The notes below the pieces were generated by a model. It was not told the DNA's origin and made no database searches. It saw only the letters and a program-made list of their open reading frames with translations. Below are positions 37,253-46,761 of a stretch of DNA of 64,000 nucleotides, piece after piece (position 1 is the stretch's first letter; every line of letters starts with the position of its first letter). Location: the IMG/VR virus record IMGVR_UViG_3300018475_000122; one strand, written 5' to 3'. This DNA comes from an uncultured virus (IMG/VR IMGVR_UViG_3300018475_000122). Lineage: Duplodnaviria; Heunggongvirae; Uroviricota; Caudoviricetes. A program made the position numbers and the translations under genes.

Positions 37253-39265
37253 ATGCCCCACCGTGCAAGAATGAAGGAACTTACCGCCCTTCTCAATCAC
37301 CACTGCGAACTCTACCATACCCTCGGCACGCCCGAGATTTCCGACGAGGAATACGACGCCCTCTACCGCGAACTCGTCACCCTTGAACGCCTGCACCCCA
37401 GCCACGCCCTGCCCGATTCCCCCACCTTCCGTGTGGGCGGCAACGTGCTGGACGGCCTGCCCAAGTACACGCACAAAGAACGCATGTACAGCCTCGACAA
37501 TGTCTTCTCCGTGCAGGAATTCGCCGCCTTTGCCCGCCGCCTTGGCGTGGAATGCGAATGGTACGTCGACCCTAAGCTCGACGGCCTCGCCCTCGAACTC
37601 GTGTACGAATCCGGCGTGCTGGCCCGCGCCGCCACCCGCGGCAACGGCATAGTTGGGGAAGACGTAACAGCGCAGGCTAAAAACATCCCTTCCATCCCGC
37701 GCCTGCTCCGCACCGCAAAGCCTCCCCGCCTTTTGGAAGTGCGCGGCGAAGTACTCATCACCCGGCCCGATTTTGCGCGCCTCAACGCCCTGCGTGCCGA
37801 GGAAGGCCAGCGCCCCTACGCCAACGCCCGCAACGCCGCTTCCGGCTGCCTGCGCCGCATTGAACCTTCTGCCTGCGCCAGCTTCCTCACCTTCTTCGCC
37901 TACGGCCTTGGCAGGCATGAAGGCTTTCTTGAAAACTTTCATGAATATTTTCATGAAAGAAATCATGAAATAGTGCCGGAAAGGCACGACCACCAGCGTC
38001 TTGCCCTGCAGAACATGGGATTCCGCTCCATGCTGGGCCGCGCCTTAGAATCGCTGGAAGAGGTGGAAAGCACCCTGAATTTCATGGAACATAATCGCGA
38101 TTCCCTGCCCGTGGATATCGACGGTGCGGTGCTTCGCGTCAATCATACATCGCTCTGGCAAGGCTTCGGCCACACGGCCCACGCCCCGCGCTTTGCCGTG
38201 GCCTACAAGTTCACCTCCCGCAAGGCCGTAACGCGCCTTACCGGCATCACCGTGCAGGTAGGCCGTTCCGGCGTGCTCACCCCCGTGGCCGAGCTGGAGC
38301 CCGTGGCCCTTGGCGGCGTCATGGTAAGCCGCGCCACCCTGCACAACGCCCAGCTCATCGCCGAAAAAGACATCAGAGTAGGCGACTTCGTCACCATCCA
38401 GCGCGCGGCCGACGTGATACCCGACATCCTCGGCCCCGTGCTGGAAATGCGGCCCGAAAACACCGTGCCCTACCAGTTCCCCAGCACCTGCCCCGTCTGC
38501 GGGGCGGACGCCGTGCGGTTAGAAGGCCAGGCCGCCATCAGCTGTTCCAACGCCGCCGCCTGCCCTGCCGTGCTGGTGCAGTCCATCGCGCACTTCGTCT
38601 CCCGCGATGCGCTTGATATCCGCAGTGTAGGCCCCAGCCTCATCGAATCCATGGTGCAGAGGGGCCTCGTCCGTACCCCGGCGGACCTGTTCTTCGTCAC
38701 GGTGGATCAGCTCGCCGCCCTCCCGCGCATGGCACGCCGCTCGGCGCAAAAGGCTGTGGATGCCATCGCCACCGCCGCCGAAAAGGTCACCCTTCCCCGC
38801 CTCATCTACGCCCTCGGCATACCGGAAGTAGGCCTGCAAACGGCAAAAACCCTCGCCTCCGCCTTCGGTTCCCTGCCCAGCCTTGCCGAAGCCCCTAAAA
38901 ACGCCCTCCTCTGCCTGCCGGACATCGGGCCCGAAGTCTCGTCAAGGATCGTGGGCTGGTTCTCCTCCGTCACCAACCTCCAGCTCGTGGCAAAACTGGA
39001 AGAACTGGGCATCACCCCCACCCATCAGGCCTCGTCCGGCCCTCTTTCCGGCAAAAGCGTGCTCTTCACAGGCACGTTCAGCCAAAGCCGCCACGAACTT
39101 TCCAGCCTTGCGGAACAGGCCGGGGCAAAATTGGCTTCCTCGGTGAGCAGAAAACTCAGCTTCCTCGTGGTCGGCGAAAACGCAGGCTCCAAACTGGAAA
39201 AAGCGCAGAAGCTGGGCGTAAAAACCCTTACCGAAACCGAATTTCTCGCCCTCATCGGGCAGTAG
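37253..39265 (+). CDS. ligA: NAD-dependent DNA ligase
   Basis: KLDG adenylation motif, ATRGNG, EVRGE, AYKF, C4 Zn finger, HhH, BRCT. Confidence 0.95.
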   Translation: MPHRARMKELTALLNHHCELYHTLGTPEISDEEYDALYRELVTLERLHPSHALPDSPTFRVGGNVLDGLPKYTHKERMYSLDNVFSVQEFAAFARRLGVECEWYVDPKLDGLALELVYESGVLARAATRGNGIVGEDVTAQAKNIPSIPRLLRTAKPPRLLEVRGEVLITRPDFARLNALRAEEGQRPYANARNAASGCLRRIEPSACASFLTFFAYGLGRHEGFLENFHEYFHERNHEIVPERHDHQRLALQNMGFRSMLGRALESLEEVESTLNFMEHNRDSLPVDIDGAVLRVNHTSLWQGFGHTAHAPRFAVAYKFTSRKAVTRLTGITVQVGRSGVLTPVAELEPVALGGVMVSRATLHNAQLIAEKDIRVGDFVTIQRAADVIPDILGPVLEMRPENTVPYQFPSTCPVCGADAVRLEGQAAISCSNAAACPAVLVQSIAHFVSRDALDIRSVGPSLIESMVQRGLVRTPADLFFVTVDQLAALPRMARRSAQKAVDAIATAAEKVTLPRLIYALGIPEVGLQTAKTLASAFGSLPSLAEAPKNALLCLPDIGPEVSSRIVGWFSSVTNLQLVAKLEELGITPTHQASSGPLSGKSVLFTGTFSQSRHELSSLAEQAGAKLASSVSRKLSFLVVGENAGSKLEKAQKLGVKTLTETEFLALIGQ

Positions 39266-39272
39266 GAGAACT

Positions 39273-40028
39273 ATGAAAACCGTCACACGCAAAGAACTCT
39301 TCGTGGATAACGCCCTGTTCTTCCTCTACAGCGCGTTCTTCTTTGCCGCCTACGTGGCCCTGCTCCACGGCCTCACCCTTCTTTTCCAAAGCTATGGTCA
39401 GCCGCTCCTTGCCTTTGCAAGGGCCAACACGGCCGCGTGTTCCGCCTCCATCTTCGTACCCCTTCTCGTGTTCTTCATCATCGGCTGGTTCAAAACAGAA
39501 ACGAGCCCGCTCAAAGTCATCCTCCTCACAGCCTCAGGGCTGGCCTCCTGCGCCTTCCTGTTCGCCGTGCTCGATCCTGCTTCCGCAGGCATCGGCATTG
39601 CGGCAGAAAACAGCCGTACCCTCCACTTCAGCATCGTGGCCATGTTCTTCCTTGGCGGCATCGTCACGGGCCTTGGCATCAGCAGTAACATCAGCTTCCT
39701 TTCCAGTCCCGATACGGTCATCACCCTTATCCTGCTGGAAGCCACCTGCGTCTCAGCTGGCTGGTATTCCGGCAACCTCTGGTTCCTCGATGTCACGCTC
39801 ACCACGCTCTACTTCGGCACGTTCCTCATGGCCGCGGGCGACGCCAGCCTTGCAAAGCACGCCCTTGCGGGCAGCTACATCGGCAGCTTCCGTGTAGCAA
39901 ACGCCATCGCGTGGTCGTCCATGCTGGTCTCCTCCCTGCTCGTGGCGGTCATGCCCATCATGCGCCTCATCCTCGGCAAACCGCAGGTCAGCGGCGTGGG
40001 TATTGCAGAGACAGAACAGCCCAGCTAA
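39273..40028 (+). CDS. Multi-pass membrane protein (weak Bax-inhibitor-1/YccA resemblance)
   Basis: 251 aa, about 7 hydrophobic segments. Confidence 0.6.
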   Translation: MKTVTRKELFVDNALFFLYSAFFFAAYVALLHGLTLLFQSYGQPLLAFARANTAACSASIFVPLLVFFIIGWFKTETSPLKVILLTASGLASCAFLFAVLDPASAGIGIAAENSRTLHFSIVAMFFLGGIVTGLGISSNISFLSSPDTVITLILLEATCVSAGWYSGNLWFLDVTLTTLYFGTFLMAAGDASLAKHALAGSYIGSFRVANAIAWSSMLVSSLLVAVMPIMRLILGKPQVSGVGIAETEQPS

Positions 40029-40042
40029 AAACAGCCAGTAAC

Positions 40043-40078
40043 AAAGGCGGCGCACCTCATCGGTACGCCGCCCTTTTT
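40043..40078. terminator. Terminator between convergent blocks
   Basis: GGCGGCG...CGCCGCC stem followed by TTTTT. Confidence 0.7.
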
Positions 40079-40478
40079 ATTGCTCAAACTTGGCCTTCAG
40101 CCGCAGGTACTCGGCCCTTTCGCGGGCTTCAGTTGTCTCACGGCATTTAGCCAGGTACTCTTCCATGCGCTTTCGGTGTTCGGCAAGTCTGGCTTCCCAC
40201 ACCTCAGGGTCAAGGAATTCCTCGCGGCTCACACGGAACAGCGCAAGGGCGTCGTAGCCCGTGTCATTATCGTCCATGGAGCACCAGCCCCAGTAATGCC
40301 CAATGATGGCAACGCTGTCGTCCTCAGGGTCATAGTCCAGCCCGTTCACGTTCGTTATCTCACAGTCCGGCAGTTCGGCTTCCCGTGCCTCATCCACCAT
40401 CTGTTCCGCCCTCTGGTAGAACAGGTCCTGAGCCTTGGCCCAGGTATCGAAAAGTTCGTGTCCTGCTATCTGGCCCAT
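40077..40478 (-). CDS. Hypothetical protein
   Basis: 133 aa; ends ERAEYLRLKAKFE. Confidence 0.7.
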   Translation of the reverse strand: MGQIAGHELFDTWAKAQDLFYQRAEQMVDEAREAELPDCEITNVNGLDYDPEDDSVAIIGHYWGWCSMDDNDTGYDALALFRVSREEFLDPEVWEARLAEHRKRMEEYLAKCRETTEARERAEYLRLKAKFEQ

Positions 40479-40858
40479 TTCGGCTCCTTCGTGTACTCGT
40501 CCGGCACACCGTATTTACGCAGAAGGCGGAGAAGCTCGTCTTTCTCGCTCTTCTCCACCTTCAAGTCCTCTTCCTTTGCGCGCTGGCGCTTCACTCCTTT
40601 GGCGTGCTCACGGGCAAGTTCCGGGTTGGCAAGCCATGCAGGCGGCAAGCGCAGTATCTTCTCATAGCCAAAGTCCCCAGAGCCGTACATGATGCCCCAG
40701 TCGGTAACACCGTCACCGCACGAGAAGTGTGCGTCCGTGGGCGTTTCAACAAAGTACCCTTCCTCAACCATGGACTGGTATATTTCACGGGCGGTCTGGG
40801 CCGCTTTGCCGTACAGCTTAGCGAGCTTCAGCTGGTCAGGGATGGAAATGGCCATCAC
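40466..40858 (-). CDS. Hypothetical protein, likely paralogue of 40077..40478
   Basis: Similar layout; EKDELLRLLRKYG near the end. Confidence 0.7.
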   Translation of the reverse strand: MMAISIPDQLKLAKLYGKAAQTAREIYQSMVEEGYFVETPTDAHFSCGDGVTDWGIMYGSGDFGYEKILRLPPAWLANPELAREHAKGVKRQRAKEEDLKVEKSEKDELLRLLRKYGVPDEYTKEPKWAR

Positions 40859-41340
40859 GCCACCCTCGTTCCAACAAGGTATTCGTTGCCCTTGTACGGC
40901 TTCACCAGCGCAGGGTCGCGCCGTACCGATCCATGCGTGAGCACGAACATCACATCGTACATGCCGTCACCCACCTTCTTCACCTGAAGGTGCGAAAGCT
41001 GGGCCAGCCGCCAGATGTTCGTCATGTCGTAGGGGTTGCGGCACGTAATGAGCACCATGTCACCGGGCTTGTACGTATCAAAAAGGCTGGCGTACGGGCC
41101 AACCATGTCGCGCCATTCGTCTTCGTGGTACACAAGGCGCGTACCGTTGCTGTCGGTGCCGTCCCTTCTGCAGTGGAAGCTGTGTACTATGCGGCAGGTG
41201 CGTCCGTCATTGTCAGTAACTGCATCTACGACAAGCTCCTTTTCCGGACCAAAAGAGGGGATGTTCATGACATGGGCTTCAAGGCCCTGTGCGGTACGCG
41301 CCTTCCCGTATTCGTGAAAGAAGCGGTCAATCTCGTCCAT
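40855..41340 (-). CDS. Hypothetical protein
   Basis: Start MDEIDR with GGAGG RBS; ends PYKGNEYLVGT. Confidence 0.7.
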   Translation of the reverse strand: MDEIDRFFHEYGKARTAQGLEAHVMNIPSFGPEKELVVDAVTDNDGRTCRIVHSFHCRRDGTDSNGTRLVYHEDEWRDMVGPYASLFDTYKPGDMVLITCRNPYDMTNIWRLAQLSHLQVKKVGDGMYDVMFVLTHGSVRRDPALVKPYKGNEYLVGTRVA

Positions 41341-41623
41341 ATCTCTTCCTCCATTCGTTACTGGGGAATTCCAAAAACGCACGCACATACCCCCAGCGGC
41401 AGTTCATCCAGGCTTCGCGTATGGTCATGCCGAGCCTTCTGTTGCGCATAAAAACGTACGCTTCGGCAAAGTCCGAAAGTACGCAGTGCATCTCGTAATA
41501 GCGCGAGCGCACGGCGTACATAACGCCATCGAATGCCTCGCCATGCAGAAATCGGATCTTGGGCCTTTTGCGGTACGTTCTGCCAAGCCACCGCGCCCAC
41601 AACCGGCGTTCCTTTCTGGTCAT
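41327..41623 (-). CDS. Hypothetical protein
   Basis: 98 aa; ATGA overlap. Confidence 0.6.
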   Translation of the reverse strand: MTRKERRLWARWLGRTYRKRPKIRFLHGEAFDGVMYAVRSRYYEMHCVLSDFAEAYVFMRNRRLGMTIREAWMNCRWGYVRAFLEFPSNEWRKRYGRD

Positions 41624-42036
41624 ACATCCGCCTCCTCAGGCACCTTGTACGTTACGTTGAGCTGGAGCGTCACATCAAAGGTGTCGTTGGGCATGGTGCC
41701 GAACACCGTGGCGCGTACGTTGTCTTCCTTGGTAAAGCTCACGCTCTTCAGCAGAAAGTCCGCGTAGCGGTCCTGCTTCATGCGGCGGCGCATGTCTTCG
41801 GCAAAGGCAAGGATGTGCCCCACCCAGTAGCCGGAACCGTAGTCCATGTGGCGTGAGAAGAAGTACAGTTCCTTGCCGTGGCTGTGCCCCTTGAAGCAGC
41901 GCTCAAGGTCTCCGGCAATGTTCGAAAGCTCGTCCCTGTGGTGCTTCTTCACCCACTCCACAAAGTCGGAACGGAACTGCTCCGTCATCACCAGCGCGTG
42001 CCGCTGGCGCAGTCTGTCATGCGTGTGTCGTATCAT
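41620..42036 (-). CDS. Hypothetical protein
   Basis: Start MIRHTH with GGAG RBS. Confidence 0.65.
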   Translation of the reverse strand: MIRHTHDRLRQRHALVMTEQFRSDFVEWVKKHHRDELSNIAGDLERCFKGHSHGKELYFFSRHMDYGSGYWVGHILAFAEDMRRRMKQDRYADFLLKSVSFTKEDNVRATVFGTMPNDTFDVTLQLNVTYKVPEEADV

Positions 42037-42583
42037 TGTTTTCTCCGTCGTCAGGCAGGAAGTGAGGCCCGAAGAACCGGTGTTTAGCGCAAGCAGGCGA
42101 GCGCCTGTACTCACGCGACACAAGGCTTATCCTCAGGTGGAGCATGGCTTTCCTGCGTGCATCAGCAAAAGTCTTGTCGCTATTCCCTATCTCGAACGCG
42201 CCACTGGGTACGTGTATGGCTTTCACCGCTCTCCATGGGTAGTCGAGGATGCGGTGGGCGTACCACGGGCTTGAGTATTCCTCGAATTCTATGTCGTCCC
42301 CGGGCAGTTCCGTACCCTTGAGATCATAGCAGGTAGCGGCACATGTCGTTTCGCCGTGCTGTCCATCTTCCCAGAGCACAACACCGGCGTAGGCGCCAAG
42401 GTCGCTGTCTGAGGAAAGCAGAATGATAAACGGCCCGCAGTCACTGTACATGTCGTACTTCACATCCTCTATTCGAGCCCCTGCCACGTTATGCACATGG
42501 CGGGCATACCACTCTACGCAGTCGGCCGCCTTGTTCGTTGATACCAGCCTTTCGATCTTCAGTACGTATCTACCGGCAGCCAT
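42017..42583 (-). CDS. Hypothetical protein
   Basis: 188 aa, coupled to the rtcB stop. Confidence 0.7.
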   Translation of the reverse strand: MAAGRYVLKIERLVSTNKAADCVEWYARHVHNVAGARIEDVKYDMYSDCGPFIILLSSDSDLGAYAGVVLWEDGQHGETTCAATCYDLKGTELPGDDIEFEEYSSPWYAHRILDYPWRAVKAIHVPSGAFEIGNSDKTFADARRKAMLHLRISLVSREYRRSPACAKHRFFGPHFLPDDGENNDTTHA

Positions 42584-43704
42584 TACTCCCCTCCTGCCTT
42601 GAAGTTGTACACAGGCACAAGGTGTTCCTGCACCTCTGCCGTAGGCTCTATGAGCATCTCAATAACCGTGCTGTCCTTGTAGGCCATGGGGCTTTCGTCC
42701 AGCGTGCCGTGGCAAATGCAGGTGGTGTACACGCCCTGCATCTGGCGGCTGTACTCTTCCATGTCCAGCGCCTTCTTGGCCTGCGAACGGCTCATGATGC
42801 GCCCTGCGCCATGCGGTGCGCTCTGGTTCCACGCGTCATTGCCGCGCCCAAGGCACAGCAGGCTGCCGTCCCTCATGTTCAGGGGTATGAGCAGGCGCTC
42901 ACCACTGCGGGCAGAAACAGCACCCTTGCGCAGTATGCCGTGTTCAAGGTCTATGTAGTTGTGCGTGGTGGTAAAGCGTGTTTCACACACCCAGCCCATA
43001 AAGGCGCAAATGGCCGCGTTCATGGTCAGCCTGTTCCAGTGTGCGTACTGCTGGGCAATGGCCATGTCGTGCAGGTAGTCTTCCCTGTCTTCGTCCACAA
43101 GGTAGGCAAGGTCGCGAGCAACGCCGCTGCCCTCGCAGGCTTCCTTCGCCTTTTTCTGGTAATGGGCGGCTATTTCCAGCCCCAGCTTGCGGCTCCCGCT
43201 GTGGATGATAAGCCAGTAGCCTCCCGTTTCTCTGGAGCGCGAAACCTCAATAAAGTGGTTGCCGCCGCCAAGCGTGCCCACACTGCGCAGGGCGCGGTCA
43301 AGGTCCACACTGCCAAGGCAGCGCAGGCTGTCCAGCCGGGGGAAGTCACTGCCCGCGGCATACGCCCGCTCGTGTATGGCAAAACCACTGGGAACGTGTC
43401 GGGCAATAGCATCGTCCAGCTTTTCAAAGTCCGCCGCGCCAAGGCTGTCCACACCTTTCAGCTTCACAGCCAGCATACCGCAGCCAATGTCCACGCCCAC
43501 AAGGTTGGGGCATATCCTGTCCGTCAGCGTCATGGTAAGGCCAATAACACAGCCCGCCCCAGCGTGGCAGTCGGGCATCACGCGTACATCACTGCCTTCC
43601 GCCAGCGGGCTGTCCATCAGGGTGCGCACCTGCCGGTAGGTCTCCTGGTCCACGTCTTCCGCAAACACATGGGCGCAGCCGTTCTGTCCGTAAATCTCAA
43701 TCAT
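42583..43704 (-). CDS. rtcB: RtcB-family RNA ligase
   Basis: MPDCHAG, VGVDIGCG, GTLGGGNHFIE, HSGSR, HNY, RKGA, HGAGR, DESP.AYK. Confidence 0.95.
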   Translation of the reverse strand: MIEIYGQNGCAHVFAEDVDQETYRQVRTLMDSPLAEGSDVRVMPDCHAGAGCVIGLTMTLTDRICPNLVGVDIGCGMLAVKLKGVDSLGAADFEKLDDAIARHVPSGFAIHERAYAAGSDFPRLDSLRCLGSVDLDRALRSVGTLGGGNHFIEVSRSRETGGYWLIIHSGSRKLGLEIAAHYQKKAKEACEGSGVARDLAYLVDEDREDYLHDMAIAQQYAHWNRLTMNAAICAFMGWVCETRFTTTHNYIDLEHGILRKGAVSARSGERLLIPLNMRDGSLLCLGRGNDAWNQSAPHGAGRIMSRSQAKKALDMEEYSRQMQGVYTTCICHGTLDESPMAYKDSTVIEMLIEPTAEVQEHLVPVYNFKAGGE

Positions 43705-43945
43705 GCTGTCCACACTCCTTCCTAGCGTTTTCAAGGTCGGTAAGGGCACGTATACGCCCTTCACGTATCATGTCTTCACACAGCCGCAGCAGCACAGGTT
43801 TAGCCGCGTTCGCGAACTCCACACTGTTGGTACATCCAAAGGAGTTGAATCGGCAGAATATGGATATGATATCCTCGTCTAACCTGTTGTGGATAGCCTC
43901 ATTGCTCGCGGGCTTGCACACGGCTCCCAGTTCAAATTCAGTCAT
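43697..43945 (-). CDS. Hypothetical protein
   Basis: Likely start MTEFEL; overlaps neighbours. Confidence 0.55.
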   Translation of the reverse strand: MTEFELGAVCKPASNEAIHNRLDEDIISIFCRFNSFGCTNSVEFANAAKPVLLRLCEDMIREGRIRALTDLENARKECGQHD

Positions 43946-44180
43946 GCAGTCTCCTCTGTATCTTAGCATCAAGGGCAAGCCAGCGCTCTTCGTCCATCTT
44001 CATGCCAAGGCCGAAGCGTGCCTGCTTCTCTATGTCGCGGCTCACACCTTCCAGAAACGTACTGGAAAGTTCGTCAAAGTGCTTTTCCATGTAATCCATC
44101 ACCATGTGCGGGGCGTAGGTACTGCGGCCAAGGCAGTAGCGCACGGCACAGCCAAGGATGAATTCCTCCTCATGCGTCAT
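43938..44180 (-). CDS. Conserved small phage protein
   Basis: CAVRYCLGRSTYAP motif. Confidence 0.65.
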   Translation of the reverse strand: MTHEEEFILGCAVRYCLGRSTYAPHMVMDYMEKHFDELSSTFLEGVSRDIEKQARFGLGMKMDEERWLALDAKIQRRLHD

Positions 44181-44454
44181 AGGGGTACTCCAGCAGGTTA
44201 TCCACCTGCACTTCGGCATATTCCCATTCAAGGTTCAGCGTTTCGTTCTGCCTCTCCTCGTCCGTCATGCAGGTGCCGCCCACGTCGGCGTCACGCTCGT
44301 CAGGCAGGCTCATGCCTTCCAGCATCTGCAAAAGCACCAGAACAAAGCGCCCCATTTCCATCTGGTCGCGGGGCTCAGCAACTTCGGTGCCTTCGGCAAG
44401 GTCGGTAAAATACACCCGCGCTTCGTTCAGTTCCTCAAGGTTCGTCACTCGCAT
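44170..44454 (-). CDS. Hypothetical protein
   Basis: 94 aa, AAGGAGG RBS. Confidence 0.65.
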   Translation of the reverse strand: MRVTNLEELNEARVYFTDLAEGTEVAEPRDQMEMGRFVLVLLQMLEGMSLPDERDADVGGTCMTDEERQNETLNLEWEYAEVQVDNLLEYPYDA

Positions 44455-44463
44455 ATCGCCTCC

Positions 44464-45117
44464 TTATACCGCTCTCAGCAAACATCCCCAGTCGTCCCAC
44501 AGGGCAAAGCCCAGAAGCACCAGCAGGGAAAAGGAAAGTACAAAATTCATCAGGCGTGTGTCCTTCTCACCCTCCTCTTCCGGCACCTCAGGCAGCATAA
44601 CGGGGCTGCCTGCGCACCGGTGCGCCATCAGGCGTATCTTGTCCGCCACGGGCAGGGCACCGGCACGGCTGTTGCACTCCATGCACGTCAGCACGTAGTT
44701 GTGCAGGTTGCTCGGCCCCTGCGCGCTCTTGGGCACAACGTGCTCAATGGTGGCGCAGGTATGGGTAAGCTCCTTTCCGCAGTAGGCGCACTGCGTGCCA
44801 TCGCGCTTGAAAAGCGCCTCCACCAGCTTGCCGCGCGGGGTCAGGCTCGGCACCGGTTCCGAAATATCGTCAGACCCGCTCAAAAAGGCTTCAAGCAGCC
44901 TCCGGTGCACACCGCTGTACACGTTCAGGTAGCCGTCCTTTCTGGCCATCATCACCATTTTCTTGCCCGTAGGGGTCCTCAGCCGTATGAACTCACCTTT
45001 GTTTTTCTTCCGCTCAACAGTGAACCCGTGCTTCTGAACGAACCTGCAAAACTCCTCGTATGGTACGTTTGCCATAGGTATCAGTTCATCAGGGGCCACA
45101 GCAGCATTCGCAGTCAT
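44464..45117 (-). CDS. HNH endonuclease-domain protein with a C-terminal TM segment
   Basis: RDG..CAYCG, TIEHVVPKS.QG, N.VL.C..CN. Confidence 0.8.
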   Translation of the reverse strand: MTANAAVAPDELIPMANVPYEEFCRFVQKHGFTVERKKNKGEFIRLRTPTGKKMVMMARKDGYLNVYSGVHRRLLEAFLSGSDDISEPVPSLTPRGKLVEALFKRDGTQCAYCGKELTHTCATIEHVVPKSAQGPSNLHNYVLTCMECNSRAGALPVADKIRLMAHRCAGSPVMLPEVPEEEGEKDTRLMNFVLSFSLLVLLGFALWDDWGCLLRAV

Positions 45118-45182
45118 GATCGCTCCCTGTCCACAGACCGCAATATTTTCCATTACCTCTCATCTCAACCAAGGTGGAAAAC

Positions 45183-45533
45183 ATGGCCTGCTTTCATGTA
45201 AAACCCGTCAAATGCAAGCTTCAGCACGTTCAGCGTGCCTACGCTGGCAAAGACAATCCTGTGGAATTCCTGCTCACCACCAACCACGAGCCCTTCGATG
45301 CCTCCACCGCTTCCGCCATCCGCGTGAAGTTCGGCGAAACTATCATCGACAGCACGGTGGACAGTACCGACTTCGACCTCTCAAAAGCCAAGGAAGGCGT
45401 CATCGCCGTTTCCATAGCCAGCCACCCTGTGGAGCCTCGCGGCTACAACATGGGGGTGGAAGTGGTCACTGCCGAAGATAAGGTGCTCTATTTCGGCCAT
45501 ATGCGCGTGGCCGTGGTGGAAGCCGGAATGTAG
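45183..45533 (+). CDS. Putative virion structural protein (beta-rich)
   Basis: Isolated plus-strand gene behind CAATATTT at 45141. Confidence 0.55.
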   Translation: MACFHVKPVKCKLQHVQRAYAGKDNPVEFLLTTNHEPFDASTASAIRVKFGETIIDSTVDSTDFDLSKAKEGVIAVSIASHPVEPRGYNMGVEVVTAEDKVLYFGHMRVAVVEAGM

Positions 45534-45535
45534 CC

Positions 45536-46039
45536 CTACGCCGCCTGCTGAAGCTCGCGCAGCATGATGTTGTACATGCGCATCGTGTAATTGCGCTCGT
45601 TGTCCACACAGCGCGTGCAGTGGTGCTCCAGCAGGCGGCGGAACTTGTGCTCCACCGAATCCATGGTGCTGGGGTCAACCGTAAGCTGCCCGGGGCCCCA
45701 CAGGTATTCCTTGTCCACATAGCGGCGTATGGCGGGTATCAGCTTGTTCAGCATAAAGCCCATGCGCATGCCGCGCACTTCGCCAATGTGCATGGTAAGG
45801 CAGTTACCGTTCTTCTTTATCTGCTGTTCAAAAAACAGCCGTGCGCGCACTATGTTCGAGGTAACGGGCACAAACCAGTGTATGCCCATGCTGTCGGTAT
45901 GCAGCAGCACGTGGGGCCGCCGGTGGTCAGAATCGGCATCCATGTCCTTGTCGTACAGCACCTGGTCTGTAATACTGCTGAACTTGTCTTCTATCTGCTT
46001 AGAAATAAAATACAAACCGCCCTTCGTAATCCGCATCAT
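45536..46039 (-). CDS. CptN/ToxN-like type III toxin homologue
   Basis: G.LYFI...KF, HRRP, WFVPVTS, KKNGNC...IGEV.G...F......P....YVDKEY pattern. Confidence 0.6.
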   Translation of the reverse strand: MMRITKGGLYFISKQIEDKFSSITDQVLYDKDMDADSDHRRPHVLLHTDSMGIHWFVPVTSNIVRARLFFEQQIKKNGNCLTMHIGEVRGMRMGFMLNKLIPAIRRYVDKEYLWGPGQLTVDPSTMDSVEHKFRRLLEHHCTRCVDNERNYTMRMYNIMLRELQQAA

Positions 46040-46713
46040 ACGCTGTTCCTCCTCACATATTCGCGCACCGTTCCTGCGCCAAGCTTCGTGTTGTATCTGT
46101 CTTTCCAAAATTCGCCGCGCTTCTGCACGGTAGAAATGTCCCGCCTGTCCATGCCGCACAGCCAGTAATAGGTAGCGGCAGCCGCAATGCCGAACATCAC
46201 ATTGTGTTCAAGGTTCTGTTCCAGCGTCCACCCTTTGCGTTCAAAGGTCTGCACTGCCTTTGCTACGTCGGGCGGCACGCGCTTCAGCATGTCACGCACA
46301 CTGCTTTCATGCATCTGAAACACGCCAAGCCCTCCGGCACAGCGCCCTTCAAAGGCAAAATGCCCAAGCCAGCTTTCCACTCTCCCGGTCTCAAGTATCA
46401 GCTGGTGCACCTGCCCATCCCTGTCCTTGATGTGCGGCAGGGCGGCCAGCACGTGGTACACGGTCCTTGCAAGGTGGTTTTCCGGTATGGGCCTGTGCCC
46501 GTACCATTCCTTCACCAGCAGGTCCTCTTCCGTAGGTTCGTCCACAGGGGTGGGCACAAAATCCGGCTGTTCCGCCGCGGCAACGGGCATGGCCTTCACA
46601 AGGCGCACAGGGGCTTTTTCTTCCATCCCAAGCCCTGCACACAGCACGGGAAGGAGAAAAAGCATGGTTAAAAGAACAGCCCAGTAACTGTCTCTTTCGG
46701 TCATGTTGCTCAC
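46036..46713 (-). CDS. Lysozyme-like/transglycosylase with an N-terminal signal anchor (putative endolysin)
   Basis: ETG.VES, GLGVFQM, FWK.RYNT.LGAGT; hydrophobic N-terminus. Confidence 0.55.
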   Translation of the reverse strand: MSNMTERDSYWAVLLTMLFLLPVLCAGLGMEEKAPVRLVKAMPVAAAEQPDFVPTPVDEPTEEDLLVKEWYGHRPIPENHLARTVYHVLAALPHIKDRDGQVHQLILETGRVESWLGHFAFEGRCAGGLGVFQMHESSVRDMLKRVPPDVAKAVQTFERKGWTLEQNLEHNVMFGIAAAATYYWLCGMDRRDISTVQKRGEFWKDRYNTKLGAGTVREYVRRNSV

Positions 46714-46761
46714 CTAAAAAGGCAGCGGTCCACAGTAAGCGGGCTCTGCCTTGGTTTTGCA

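Noticed and set aside
46039..46200. Type III antitoxin repeats upstream of the CptN-like gene
   Set aside because: The region is coding sequence of the lysozyme-like gene; no tandem repeats visible.
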